A DNA stretch of 64,000 bases from an uncultured cyanobacterium (GTDB lineage Bacteria; Cyanobacteriota; Cyanobacteriia; PCC-9006; JAAUQQ01). Position numbers and translations under genes: made by a program. The notes below the pieces were generated by a model. The model worked only from the letters and a program-made list of their open reading frames with translations, was not told the DNA's origin and did not search any database. Shown here in pieces: positions 47,678 to 57,788 of this stretch; position 1 is the first letter of the stretch; each line of letters begins with the position of its first letter. Where the stretch lies: the NCBI GenBank assembly GCA_963718615.1, contig OY970368.1, forward strand, positions 736,001 to 800,000. The letters run 5' to 3'.

Positions 47678-49201
47678 ATGGCTGATTCAATTGCTGACTC
47701 AACTGCTGCCGCAACGCTGGATTCCTTAACGCTCTCACTGAAGCCTGGAATTTCAATTGTGACCGATGCAGCAGAAGCCGGGGCCATCTTGCAAACGCCC
47801 TATGCCCAGCTTAATCTCAGTCATTTTTCACCCGGTTTGCTCGCAGCGTTGCAGCAATTGTCAAAAGTAGGGGCAACGGAGTCCGCGTTGAGTTTACAGG
47901 TGATGGCAACGGATGGTTTTAGTGGTTTGCCTAAGCTACACTTTTTGCTCGCCAAGCTGATCCAGCTAGGGACGATTTGCTATGGTGTGCGGCAGCAGGA
48001 TAAACCCTTTGCAACCTTAATGCCGACGGTTTTCGGTGTAGCCTTTGAGTCGCCTCGGTTTCCTGCGATTTCGCTCGAAACAGGCTACAAACTCTCTCGA
48101 TTTGCCTATAGCCACAGCCAGCTCGATTCCCATTCCGATCAAAACCAATGGGTGCTGAAATCACCCTTAGCCCAAGCCCAAATTGTTCTGCACGATTGGC
48201 GCGGGGGGGCCATGGTCGCAGCTTTGGCGACTGGCATGACAGGACAAGTATTACTGACAGAAATTCCTGGTTTAGAACCTGAGACGGTCCAAGGGCTTTT
48301 GAGTTTGTTAGTGAGCTGCCAAATGGTCGCAGTCTGCGCAGAAACAGGTGATGTAGACCCCGAACCCGATACGCTGAAACAGTGGGAGTTTCACGATTTG
48401 ATTTTCCACACCCGCTGCCGTCAGGGTCGGCACAATCAAGTGGTGGGATCAACCTATCGTTTTCGAGGCCATATCGATCCGCTTCCTGTGATTAAAACCC
48501 AACCCGATGAATGGAAAAAAATTGATCTCTATAAACCCGATTTAGAAGCCCTCAAGGCTCAAGATCTGCCTTTCACTCAAGTCCTAGAAGCGCGTCGTTC
48601 CATTCGCAAATTTGCCCCAGCGCCAATCACGCTTGAGCAGTTGGGTGAGTTTCTTTATCGTTCGGCCAGGGTACGGCAAATCTTCCCGATGGAAAATCTG
48701 GACTGTAGCGATCGCCCCTACCCCAGCAGCGGGGCCTGCTACGAATTTGAACTGTATATTGCGGTGAATCAGTGCGAGGGGTTGGCCCAAGGGCTTTATC
48801 ATTATTGTCCCCAAGAACATCGTTTGGGGAAAGTGAGGGATTGGCATGAGGCGATCGCCGCCCTCCTGACTGACGCCAGCCACGCCAGCCGCCGGGAGGA
48901 ATTGCCCCAACTGTTGATTGTGATTGCGGCCCGATTCCCACGATTAACCTGGAAATACCAATCCCTGGCCTATTCGCTGATTTTGAAAAACTTGGGTTGT
49001 CTTTACCAAACGATGTATCTGGTGGCAACGGCAATGGGCTTGGCTCCCTGCTGTTTGGGTAGCGGTAATGCGGATCGGTTTGCGCAGATTGCAGGGACGG
49101 ATTACTGGGTGGAGACTTCTGTGGGTGAGTTTATGTTGGGGAGTCAACCGGCTGATCTATCGGGGGAGGCGAAGGTGTTGCTGATTGAGCGATCGCGGTG
49201 A
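47678..49201 (+). CDS. SagB/ThcOx-family azoline oxidase
   Basis: WEFHDL.FH.R.R.GRH, RRSIR, RPYPSSGA.YE.E.Y, WKYQSLAY (Lys-Tyr) and TMYLVATAMGL. Confidence 0.92.
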   Translation: MADSIADSTAAATLDSLTLSLKPGISIVTDAAEAGAILQTPYAQLNLSHFSPGLLAALQQLSKVGATESALSLQVMATDGFSGLPKLHFLLAKLIQLGTICYGVRQQDKPFATLMPTVFGVAFESPRFPAISLETGYKLSRFAYSHSQLDSHSDQNQWVLKSPLAQAQIVLHDWRGGAMVAALATGMTGQVLLTEIPGLEPETVQGLLSLLVSCQMVAVCAETGDVDPEPDTLKQWEFHDLIFHTRCRQGRHNQVVGSTYRFRGHIDPLPVIKTQPDEWKKIDLYKPDLEALKAQDLPFTQVLEARRSIRKFAPAPITLEQLGEFLYRSARVRQIFPMENLDCSDRPYPSSGACYEFELYIAVNQCEGLAQGLYHYCPQEHRLGKVRDWHEAIAALLTDASHASRREELPQLLIVIAARFPRLTWKYQSLAYSLILKNLGCLYQTMYLVATAMGLAPCCLGSGNADRFAQIAGTDYWVETSVGEFMLGSQPADLSGEAKVLLIERSR

Positions 49202-49349
49202 GAGGAGGGTTGGGAGATTCTAACTTGTCTAAAATTTTGTGAAGGCTCTCGGGAGGGGTGGCTGGGTGGCTATACTGGGATGAGTCTACCTAATCTGCCT
49301 ATGAGGGTGTTATGCAGACATATGGCTACCCAATCTCCTCTAGAGGGTT

Positions 49350-49431
49350 GTTAGATGGACAGATTTCCATCTAACGCGCCCAAACCGTGACTAGATGGAC
49401 TAGATTCAGTCCAATAAATTGTTAGGCATCA
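49350..49431 (+). repeat. attC-like sites upstream of the ATPase gene
   Basis: GTTAGATGG-N8-CCATCTAAC, then ATCTAAC...TGGACT/AGTCCA...GTTAGGC (49421-49427). Confidence 0.6.
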
Positions 49432-49476
49432 TCAATATTTTCAATAATTAACAAAAGTAAGGACTGCATTTAAGTT

Positions 49477-50913
49477 ATGCTTCTTAACCAAATTGACTGG
49501 GGTGATGATAGCGCAGAGAGAGATGAACATCTTCTTGAATACTTTGTCAGTTCAGAAGCATTCCGTCGGCTTTCTGAGAATCGTCGGTCGCTAGTAATTG
49601 GGCGTAAGGGATCAGGAAAAAGTGCGCTTCTAAAAAAGCTATATAACCATTTTCAGAAAACTGAGGATACTTATGTAGTCAAAATAGCTCCAAACTTTAG
49701 CAGTATTCGCACAATCCTAAATGACCATGATTTGAAAGAATCCTTTGGAGAGGAAATCTTTTTTCAACACACATGGTTGCGTCAAATCTTGATTGATTTA
49801 CTTTGTGCCATTGGTCATAGTGCTAAAGGAGCGTATTGCCACGGAAGCCACGCTTATGCACGTCAAATTGCACAACAACTAAACCGAACCTCCAAAGACC
49901 TTGTCGAAAATATATCAGAGATATTAGAGAGAACTAAGCTTAAAGCTGGAAAATTAGGAGAGTTTGGTCTAGGGCTTGAGAATCAGCTAAAAGAGATTTC
50001 GGAAGTGGATGCCTTGCAACATCATTTAGTTGAGTTGGCAAAAGGTGGAGCTCATTTTGTTGCTCTAATCGATGATTTGGATTTAGGTTGGGATAACTCG
50101 ACAACCGCAAATAATTTGCTTTTAGGTCTACTGTCTGCGTCTAACTATATTTCTGGTCTACACGAGTTCATACATCCCATTGTGTTCCTTCGTGAAGATG
50201 TATACACCATTTTATTGAGTAAGACTCAACATTCTGATAAATATCGTGATGTGGAGAGAATTAGATGGGCTCAAGAGCAGCTTCTTTCGGTTCTGGAAAA
50301 GAGGATAAACTTTAACCGTCAAAGAGCAGGTTGTCCGGCAATTGATGAATCATTTTTTTCCGTTTTTCCACGCACTATTGGTACTGCAAATACTGACAAC
50401 TGGTTGATTGAAAAAACTCTGTCTCGTCCCAGAGAGTTAATACAACTTGCTCGTTATTACACTGAAGATGTGAATGACAGTGATCCTTCAGATGAGAAAC
50501 TAAAATCAGCAGAACCAACGTACTCAAGCTGGAAATTAGATGATCTTTGTGCTGAGTATTCAAATCAGTACCCTGGTTTAAGCGCTATAATGTCGTATTG
50601 GAAGACGAGGTTTCGTCGCAGAAAATATCATCTAAAGCGAGCAGAAGTTGACGAAATTCTACTTGAAATCATGTCTAACGTTACGCTCGATTGTCATTGG
50701 TTCAATCAACTTATTGATAATACGGACACTTCGGAATTCCTAAGGATATTATACGAGATAGGCTTTCTCGGAGATTTTGTGCTGGGAGGTCAGGGAGGAA
50801 GTAGAACTTACTACGCATATCAGGAATATCATGAACCTTCGTTTGAGGAGATTCAAATTCACCCTTGTTTCAGGCGCGCTGTCAATACAGTTGAGAGAAT
50901 TAGAAACCGTTAG
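49477..50913 (+). CDS. P-loop ATPase, Sll1717/FunZ-like (candidate defence protein)
   Basis: WGDDSAERDE.L..YF, VIGRKGSGKSA Walker A, ALIDDLD Walker B, FLREDV, RPRELI, LYEIGFLG, IHP.FR. Confidence 0.8.
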   Translation: MLLNQIDWGDDSAERDEHLLEYFVSSEAFRRLSENRRSLVIGRKGSGKSALLKKLYNHFQKTEDTYVVKIAPNFSSIRTILNDHDLKESFGEEIFFQHTWLRQILIDLLCAIGHSAKGAYCHGSHAYARQIAQQLNRTSKDLVENISEILERTKLKAGKLGEFGLGLENQLKEISEVDALQHHLVELAKGGAHFVALIDDLDLGWDNSTTANNLLLGLLSASNYISGLHEFIHPIVFLREDVYTILLSKTQHSDKYRDVERIRWAQEQLLSVLEKRINFNRQRAGCPAIDESFFSVFPRTIGTANTDNWLIEKTLSRPRELIQLARYYTEDVNDSDPSDEKLKSAEPTYSSWKLDDLCAEYSNQYPGLSAIMSYWKTRFRRRKYHLKRAEVDEILLEIMSNVTLDCHWFNQLIDNTDTSEFLRILYEIGFLGDFVLGGQGGSRTYYAYQEYHEPSFEEIQIHPCFRRAVNTVERIRNR

Positions 50914-50925
50914 CTGTGACTTGAT

Positions 50926-51011
50926 GCCTAACGTGTCGTGGCAGCGGACGGACAGAAGGTATCTGTTGACGACTGAAAGTTACTGACCGCCGCTGCACTT
51001 TGCCGTTAGCC
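50926..51011 (+). repeat. attC-like recombination site (86 bp)
   Basis: GCCTAAC 12 nt after the ATPase stop; GCAGCGG/CCGCTGC inner arms; GTTAGCC at 51005-51011. Confidence 0.75.
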
Positions 51012-51078
51012 AGCCTTCACTCTTAAATTTTGCCAGTTCTGGAAAACTGCCTGTAATAAGGTTGCCACTAATTGACAC

Positions 51079-52782
51079 TCACAGAGGAAAGTCTGATCTC
51101 CAAATGTGAACAGCTCGCTGTGCTAGATACCTTTGCCGTGTAGCGAGTGTATTTGGATTCCATTCTTCAGCCAAAACATCTTTTGTTAGAGTGTAAACAC
51201 TCTGCTGATAAACTGTTCGCTTGATTAGATAAAGCCCATTTCCTACCTGACGATTAAGATGAGGTTCTAAGGGGGTTAGATTTCCAATGCGGTATACCAT
51301 TTCTTCTATTTGGGCATCATTGAAACTTTGCCACCACTCACTACTCGGTGATTCAGGCAAAATGTGTTCAATAGAAAAACTATCTTCATTGACCTCTATA
51401 TTTGACGTATCTGCCTCAAGCTTGAACAAAATATATCGGACTAGTTTCTTCTTTTGCCCTTTTGTGGAAATTGAGAGTAGGGAAAAGTCTTGCAAGAACT
51501 TCTCATCCGAAACATAAATTGAGCGAAGATTATCAAACACCTGTTTAGGATTGGTTATTTCACCATTTACAATCCCGATGGCTACTTTGTTGTAAAGAGT
51601 TTCTAATTCATTGGGATTTAGACGACTAACAACGGTATAACGAAAAGATAATACACACACAAGTTTTAATAGGCGAGTAAAGTTTTCAGGAGAAAACCTC
51701 TCATATGCTGCAAATAGAGTTGGATAGGCTTGCTTTACTCGAAATAACTCAAGTTCGCGAATATAGGGTCGGTTTTCTGAAGCATCACGCCAGAACTCGT
51801 CGTTAGAGTTACTGAGAGCAATAAAAAGACTACCGTAGTTCTCAAGCTGATCGAGCAATTCAAATGCTTGTTGACCATCCTTTACCGATTCACGAACAAC
51901 TTTAAATAGTCGTTCACGTCTCACCCTAGTCTGCTTAAGACTAAGGTAGTAACGAAGAAACTCAGGGAATTTCTCCATTTGAACTGTATTGATAATTCTC
52001 CTCCATTGTCTTTGTGCCTCTTGTAGATCGTCTGGTCCTTGAAACAGAGAAAATAGGTAATTCTTTAGTAAATCGGTTGAACTCAGTTCGATGCCTCTAG
52101 CATTTAACGTCTCAAAGACGGTATAAGCATTTAATTCATCCTCAACATTAATCTGAATAAAAAGGAGTCTTTGAGCAACAGTATCCGTTAAAAACTCAGC
52201 CAACTTTTCCCCATTCTGAACAACGTCTTGAAGCCCCTCTAAATGATGTGAGAAATACTGAAAAGCTTGCCAGAGCAATTGATTGGATTTTGAAAGCGAT
52301 CTAATGTTAAGTGGCTTTCTAAGATTTATCAAATTACTTTGATAAAAATCGTTGTTGTTTTCATTCAAGAGAAGCTTGCTTGAGTAACGAAGAGAGCGTG
52401 GATCTCTATCGCTCAGATAAGTACGCTTGAGAATTTCTTGTCGTTCTTGATTAGCTTCTTTTTGCTCTTCTCGCTCTACTAATTTTTGAATCTTATCAAT
52501 AACAGCGATAGCAATAATACTGAGAGTGGCTAACCGTTGTTGTCCATCTATGATCGTAAACGCTTTGTCTGAAGTACTAGAGCTTTGTAGGACAAGTGCG
52601 CCCATGTAGTGACTAGAATCAGAGTTTACGTGGAGTACTAAAATATCCTGCCAAAGATCCTCCCAGTTTTCCTCATTCCAAGAGTAATCACGCTGGAAAG
52701 GCGGCACTCGATAAATCTTGCCATTGCCGATCAAATCGCCGAAACTGTTAGTGCGCGTGTCCAACAGATTAATTCGAGCCAT
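51079..52782 (-). CDS. DUF262 - DUF1524 (GmrSD-like) protein
   Basis: VPPFQRDYSW, IIDGQQRLAT, FETLNARG, DLLKN; SIEHILPE and IGNLT.L...N HNH-like motif. Confidence 0.9.
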   Translation of the reverse strand: MARINLLDTRTNSFGDLIGNGKIYRVPPFQRDYSWNEENWEDLWQDILVLHVNSDSSHYMGALVLQSSSTSDKAFTIIDGQQRLATLSIIAIAVIDKIQKLVEREEQKEANQERQEILKRTYLSDRDPRSLRYSSKLLLNENNNDFYQSNLINLRKPLNIRSLSKSNQLLWQAFQYFSHHLEGLQDVVQNGEKLAEFLTDTVAQRLLFIQINVEDELNAYTVFETLNARGIELSSTDLLKNYLFSLFQGPDDLQEAQRQWRRIINTVQMEKFPEFLRYYLSLKQTRVRRERLFKVVRESVKDGQQAFELLDQLENYGSLFIALSNSNDEFWRDASENRPYIRELELFRVKQAYPTLFAAYERFSPENFTRLLKLVCVLSFRYTVVSRLNPNELETLYNKVAIGIVNGEITNPKQVFDNLRSIYVSDEKFLQDFSLLSISTKGQKKKLVRYILFKLEADTSNIEVNEDSFSIEHILPESPSSEWWQSFNDAQIEEMVYRIGNLTPLEPHLNRQVGNGLYLIKRTVYQQSVYTLTKDVLAEEWNPNTLATRQRYLAQRAVHIWRSDFPL

Positions 52783-53020
52783 AAGTCAGGATGAGTGAAC
52801 TAGTTCCAATCTCTAAGGTATCAGGAGCTAGTCTATTTGGTGTAGCTGAACTCCCGACAGGCCAATCGGGATAGGGGTCGCCTTCACAGACTCCTCCTCC
52901 TAACTGCTAGACAAACTGATAGCCCTTCTTCTTGTAGCCCTGGACCTTCATCCACAGGTTATGAATCGATAGCAATCCCTATAGTCAGTCCATCATGTCC
53001 CGCTAGTATCGTGCAATTTG

Positions 53021-53254
53021 CTAACGAATGGGGGCTAGGCTTTGGGTCGGCTGCGGATCCCCCCCAAAGCCCAGCCACTGGCCAAATAGCTCAAATACCT
53101 GATTCGGACCAATTCCGAAAAACGTCAACAGCAAAAAGATAGCCGCCACCAACAGCGCCGTTTTAATCGTTGTTTTGACAATTTTGAGCAAAAACGTAAA
53201 CACGAGCCAAGCAATCAGAATGGCACCGATGACAAGAATTGCAGTTTCCATCAC
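53021..53254 (-). CDS. Small two-TM membrane protein
   Basis: GGAGGA RBS; hydrophobic helices flanking KIVKTTIKTA; directly downstream of dxr. Confidence 0.75.
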   Translation of the reverse strand: MMETAILVIGAILIAWLVFTFLLKIVKTTIKTALLVAAIFLLLTFFGIGPNQVFELFGQWLGFGGDPQPTQSLAPIR

Positions 53255-53286
53255 TCCTCCGGTTTTTGGGTTTGGTTCTCTATCGC

Positions 53287-54507
53287 TTAAACGCTCAAAA
53301 TGGGTTGTTTCTCTAAGGCATTACTCGCTTCCAAAACCGCTTGGCGAGCCCAGGTGTCCGCTTCCAAAATATCATCGAGACTCGGGTTGGCGTTATTGTT
53401 GTTGCGGTGGCGATCGCACACCTGCTCAATCACCCGAGGAATCTCCAAAAACTGAATTTGTTCCTCAATAAACAACGCTACCGCCTGCTCATTGGCCGCA
53501 TTCAACACCGCCGTCATCGAGCCTCCCGCCCGACCCGCCGCATAGGCCAAATCCATACAGGGATATTTGGCATGGTCCGGCTCTCGGAAGGTTAAACTCC
53601 CGGCTTTCACCAAATCCAACGGCTCCCAATTTGTATAAATTCGCTCCGGCCAAGACAGGGCATAAAGCAAGGGCAGACGCATATCCGGCCAGCCGAGCTG
53701 AGCCAGCATCGACGTATCCTGCATTTCGATCAGCGAATGGATAATGCTTTGGGGATGGATGACAATATCGATTTGGTCGTAGTCCAGGCCAAACAAATAG
53801 TGCGCTTCGATCACCTCCAAACCCTTATTCATCAGTGTGGCAGAATCCACGGTGATTTTTTTACCCATGGACCAGTTCGGATGCTTCAGCGCATCGGCCA
53901 CCGTCACCTCCGGCAGCCGTTCCACCGGCCAATCCCGAAAGGCTCCACCGGAAGCCGTCAGCAAAATCCGCCGCAGCCCCACATCCGGACGACCGACGAC
54001 AAAGTCTTTTCCGTGGGACAGACCCTGGATGCATTGAAAAATCGCCGAATGCTCCGAATCCGCCGGAGTAATGCGGATGCCATGTTCCTGGGCCAGAGGC
54101 AACACCACGGGGCCACCGGCAATCAGCGTTTCTTTGTTGGCGAGCGCAATATCCTTTCCAGCCTTGATCGCAGCCAGGGTGGGCAACAGTCCGGCACAAC
54201 CCACAATCCCCGTGACAACGGCTTCCGCATCGCCGTAGGCCGCCACTTCGCACATGCCCTCGGGTCCAGCGCAGAGCAGGGGCTGGGGGGTGACATCGGC
54301 GATCGCCTCCTTCAGCAGCGGTAGATCCTCGGGGCGGGCGATCGCCACAATCTCCGGCTTAAACTGACGAATCTGCTGGGCAATCAACTCAAGATTTCGC
54401 CCCGCCGCCATCCCAACAATCCGAAACTGGTCCGGATGATCCTGCACGATATCAAGGGTCTGGGTCCCGATGGAGCCGGTGGAGCCGAGGAGGGTGATTG
54501 CTTTCAC
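53287..54507 (-). CDS. dxr: 1-deoxy-D-xylulose 5-phosphate reductoisomerase
   Basis: [53 protein letters not shown]. Confidence 0.98.
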   Translation of the reverse strand: MKAITLLGSTGSIGTQTLDIVQDHPDQFRIVGMAAGRNLELIAQQIRQFKPEIVAIARPEDLPLLKEAIADVTPQPLLCAGPEGMCEVAAYGDAEAVVTGIVGCAGLLPTLAAIKAGKDIALANKETLIAGGPVVLPLAQEHGIRITPADSEHSAIFQCIQGLSHGKDFVVGRPDVGLRRILLTASGGAFRDWPVERLPEVTVADALKHPNWSMGKKITVDSATLMNKGLEVIEAHYLFGLDYDQIDIVIHPQSIIHSLIEMQDTSMLAQLGWPDMRLPLLYALSWPERIYTNWEPLDLVKAGSLTFREPDHAKYPCMDLAYAAGRAGGSMTAVLNAANEQAVALFIEEQIQFLEIPRVIEQVCDRHRNNNNANPSLDDILEADTWARQAVLEASNALEKQPILSV

Positions 54508-54527
54508 AGCCGTCTAGGATAGGGATT

Positions 54528-57500
54528 TCAAAATTTCCTCAACATCATACGCCACCGTGCTCCGGTGCGGCGTTTGGGATTCAGGCCAAAGAGATCATGG
54601 AGCAACAGGTAAAAGCAAGGAATAATAAACAGCGTCAACAGCGTTGCCAGGGACAGCCCTGAAAACACCACAATGCCTAAGGGTTGCAAAAACTCCGAGC
54701 CTTCACCAATTCCGAGGGCTAGGGGAAACATGCCTAACACCGTTGTGATCGTGGTCATCAATACCGGGCGCAACCGTTGGGGGGCCGCTTGGAGGATGGC
54801 CGTGCGGCGATCGCACCCCTCCCGCTCCCGCAGTTGATTCGCCAGCTCGACCATAATAATCGCGTTATTCACCACAATTCCGACCAACAGCACCACCCCC
54901 ACAATCACCGTTGCGCCGATCGCCGTTTGGGTCACATAGAGCCCTAATAATCCCCCCGCCAACGCCAAGGGAATCGTAAAAATAATCACCAGCGGATCCA
55001 CCAAGGAATTGTATTGAACCGCCATCACCACAAACACCAAAAACACCGCTAAACCGCCCAAGACCTTGAGAGAATCCTGCAATTGGCGATTGGCCTCAGC
55101 GGAGGCGCTGGGCAAGCGCGAAACCCCCTCGGGCAAGTCGATATTGGCAAAGGCGGCTTCGACTTCTGCCAATGCCGTCCCCAGGCTGGCTCCTTCGCTC
55201 AACGACCCCGCAATCAAAAAGACCTGGCGTTGATTAATCCGCTGAAGTTCGCTGGGGGCCTGTCCATCTTCGATCTGGGCAATGTCCTTCAAGCGGATTT
55301 GACGACCCCCGTTGACAAAGAGCGGCAGTTGATTGAGCTGAGAGGGCTGGGCGATCGCCGTTTCGTCCAATTCCACCCGCACATTCACCAAGCGATTGCC
55401 CCGCTGAAGTTGTGTCGGCACCGAACCGGTAATCGCCGTTGCAATCGTATCGCCAATCTCCTGGGCGTTGAGTCCCACCGCCGCGACTCGCTCCCAGTCT
55501 GGACGAATTTGGATCTCAGGCTGACGGGGGTCTGCATCGGGACGAAACCGAGCCGATCGCACCTGCTCACTCAAAACGCTTAAACTCTCACGTCCCGCCT
55601 GGGCAAGGGTTTGGGCATCATCTCCCTGCAAAATGATATCCACCTCTGCACCGCGTACAGGGGAGTTGTTGGTAATCAGGCCGCGCACTTCGCCGGGACG
55701 CAGTCGCAATGAAATATCAACCAAATTGAGTTGGTCAAAGGCTTTTGTCACCCGTTCGATATAGGCTTCCACATCGGTACCTGGTTTGAGCGTAATCGTG
55801 CTACTAGACCGCAGGGGATTTTCGCTAGTGTTCGAGCCAAACAGAAATCCTCCGGTGGTGGTAAAGGCATATTCGGTTTCCGGTTGCTGCTGCAAGATAT
55901 CATCGACGAGGGCCATGACCTGATAGTTGCTTTCCAGGGGCGTTCCCGGTGGAAACTGAGCAATGAGCTGGGCTTGGCCCGTATTGATCCGGGGCAGGAT
56001 TTCCTGGGGAAGTTGGCCCATCATCCAAGCACTGCCACTGCCAAAGATGAGGAGAGCTGCTGCAATCATCCAAAGCCGTTGGTGGAGGACCTGGGCGAGT
56101 AATCGTCGGTAGGCTATCGTGGCAGCCGCAAAGCGTTGATTAAACACTCGCAACAGCCAAAAGTTCGTAAGGCCGCTCGACCTCTGAATCGCCAGCAACC
56201 GCGACGTAGCCATGGGAACCACGGTCACCGCGATCAAAATCGAAGCCGCCACCGCAAAACTAATCGTTAAAATGAGTTCCTTAAACAACAGCGAAATAAA
56301 CCCACCAATCAACAGAAACGGCAACACCGCCACCAAGTTCGTACTCGTGGACGCAATCAGCGCCGATTCCACCTCCTTAGCACTCCGTTCCGATTGGCCG
56401 AGCAACTGCTGGGCGCTCAGCCCGGTCCGCGCATCTTTGCCAGGGGTCATGCCTGCGCCTTCGGCGATATTCTCTAACATGACGATCGAGTTATCGACAA
56501 CAATCCCAACCCCGAGGGCTAAGCCCCCCAGGCTAAAGACGTTGATCGATAGACCAAATAGCCCCATCAAGATAATCGCCGCCAGAGTCGCTAAGGGAAT
56601 GGCAATCACAATAATCAGGGTTTGGCGGATAGAGCCGAGGAATAGGAGAACGGCGATCGCCGCCAAAGCCGTCCCAGTCAACCCCGAGGTGATCACCGTA
56701 GAAATAGAATTGCGAATAAACTTGGACTCATCGGAGGTCGGGGTCAAAATCGCATCCGCCGGAATCACCCCAGCGGTCCGCAGTTCTTCAATGCGTTTCT
56801 TCACCCCATCCACCACCTCCACCGTATTGGCGTCTGGCTGTTTTTGAATACTCAGCTTGACCGCCGGTTGCCGATTCAACGAAACGAACACCCGCTGATT
56901 TTCGCTGCCATCTAAGACCTGGGCCACATCTCGTAAATAGACCTGCCCATTGGCAGAAGTTGCTGTCGTGGTTGATGTTGTAATAGGTGTTGCAGTTGAT
57001 GCCGATCCACTGGCTCGACCCACCGCCAACGGCAAATTCCGAATTTCGTCCGTATCCTGAAACTGGCCTCGGGTCCGCACCAACGGTTCCGTCAGGCTCC
57101 CCTGAATGCGCCCCCCCGAAACATCCTGATTGCGTTCTCGTAGGCCATTGAGAATATCCGTCAAGCCAATGCCTAGGGCCTGTAGCCGATTGAAATCGAC
57201 CACTACTCGAACTTCCTCATTGGCCGCCCCACTGACATCAATTGCCGACACCCCCGGTACCACCCGCAGCTCCCGCGCCAAGGTTTCGTCCGCAAAGACC
57301 CGCAGGGCTTCGCCCTCAAGCTGCGGTGACGTTAGCGCCAGTTCGTAAATCGGCGACTGGGACGGATCTACCTTAAATAAACGAGGCTGTTCTAAGGTAT
57401 CCGGCAACGATCCCCGCGCCCGGTTCAACGACGCCGTGGCTTCATTTAACGCTTGGTCAATGTCGCCCCCCGGTCGGAAAAACAGATCAAGGCTGATGCG

Positions 57501-57788
57501 ACCCTCACGGGTTTGGGAATAAATTTGAACAACTCCCTCCGTCGACGCCAACGCTTCTTCCAGCGGACGGGTAATTTCATCCACAGCCACCTCCGGCGAA
57601 ACGCCAGGCGCACTCACCCGCACCCCAATGCGAGGATAGGTAATTGAAGGCAGCAAGTCCACCTGCAGCGTTGACACCACAAATAGACCAATGACGATCA
57701 CCGCCAGGGTCAACATCAAAGTGCCAATGTGTTGCCGGATAGAGAGTCCGCTGAGGCTAAATCCAGTTTTAGCAGTCGTCTGAGTCAT
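54528..57788 (-). CDS. RND efflux permease (AcrB/AcrD/AcrF family)
   Basis: GIVVDNSIVMLEN, GIVVNNAI, RLRPVLMTT; 12-TM layout. Confidence 0.95.
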   Translation of the reverse strand: MTQTTAKTGFSLSGLSIRQHIGTLMLTLAVIVIGLFVVSTLQVDLLPSITYPRIGVRVSAPGVSPEVAVDEITRPLEEALASTEGVVQIYSQTREGRISLDLFFRPGGDIDQALNEATASLNRARGSLPDTLEQPRLFKVDPSQSPIYELALTSPQLEGEALRVFADETLARELRVVPGVSAIDVSGAANEEVRVVVDFNRLQALGIGLTDILNGLRERNQDVSGGRIQGSLTEPLVRTRGQFQDTDEIRNLPLAVGRASGSASTATPITTSTTTATSANGQVYLRDVAQVLDGSENQRVFVSLNRQPAVKLSIQKQPDANTVEVVDGVKKRIEELRTAGVIPADAILTPTSDESKFIRNSISTVITSGLTGTALAAIAVLLFLGSIRQTLIIVIAIPLATLAAIILMGLFGLSINVFSLGGLALGVGIVVDNSIVMLENIAEGAGMTPGKDARTGLSAQQLLGQSERSAKEVESALIASTSTNLVAVLPFLLIGGFISLLFKELILTISFAVAASILIAVTVVPMATSRLLAIQRSSGLTNFWLLRVFNQRFAAATIAYRRLLAQVLHQRLWMIAAALLIFGSGSAWMMGQLPQEILPRINTGQAQLIAQFPPGTPLESNYQVMALVDDILQQQPETEYAFTTTGGFLFGSNTSENPLRSSSTITLKPGTDVEAYIERVTKAFDQLNLVDISLRLRPGEVRGLITNNSPVRGAEVDIILQGDDAQTLAQAGRESLSVLSEQVRSARFRPDADPRQPEIQIRPDWERVAAVGLNAQEIGDTIATAITGSVPTQLQRGNRLVNVRVELDETAIAQPSQLNQLPLFVNGGRQIRLKDIAQIEDGQAPSELQRINQRQVFLIAGSLSEGASLGTALAEVEAAFANIDLPEGVSRLPSASAEANRQLQDSLKVLGGLAVFLVFVVMAVQYNSLVDPLVIIFTIPLALAGGLLGLYVTQTAIGATVIVGVVLLVGIVVNNAIIMVELANQLREREGCDRRTAILQAAPQRLRPVLMTTITTVLGMFPLALGIGEGSEFLQPLGIVVFSGLSLATLLTLFIIPCFYLLLHDLFGLNPKRRTGARWRMMLRKF

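Noticed and set aside
49301-49354. Short ORF MRVLCRHMATQSPLEGC as the YcaO precursor
   Set aside because: 17 aa, no leader motif, and it overlaps the attC-like sequence
52865-52904. Group II intron domain VI-like end (minus strand ...CCCCTATCCCGAT)
   Set aside because: No domain V or RT sequence nearby, and the same 10-mer occurs at ~63764 in unrelated context
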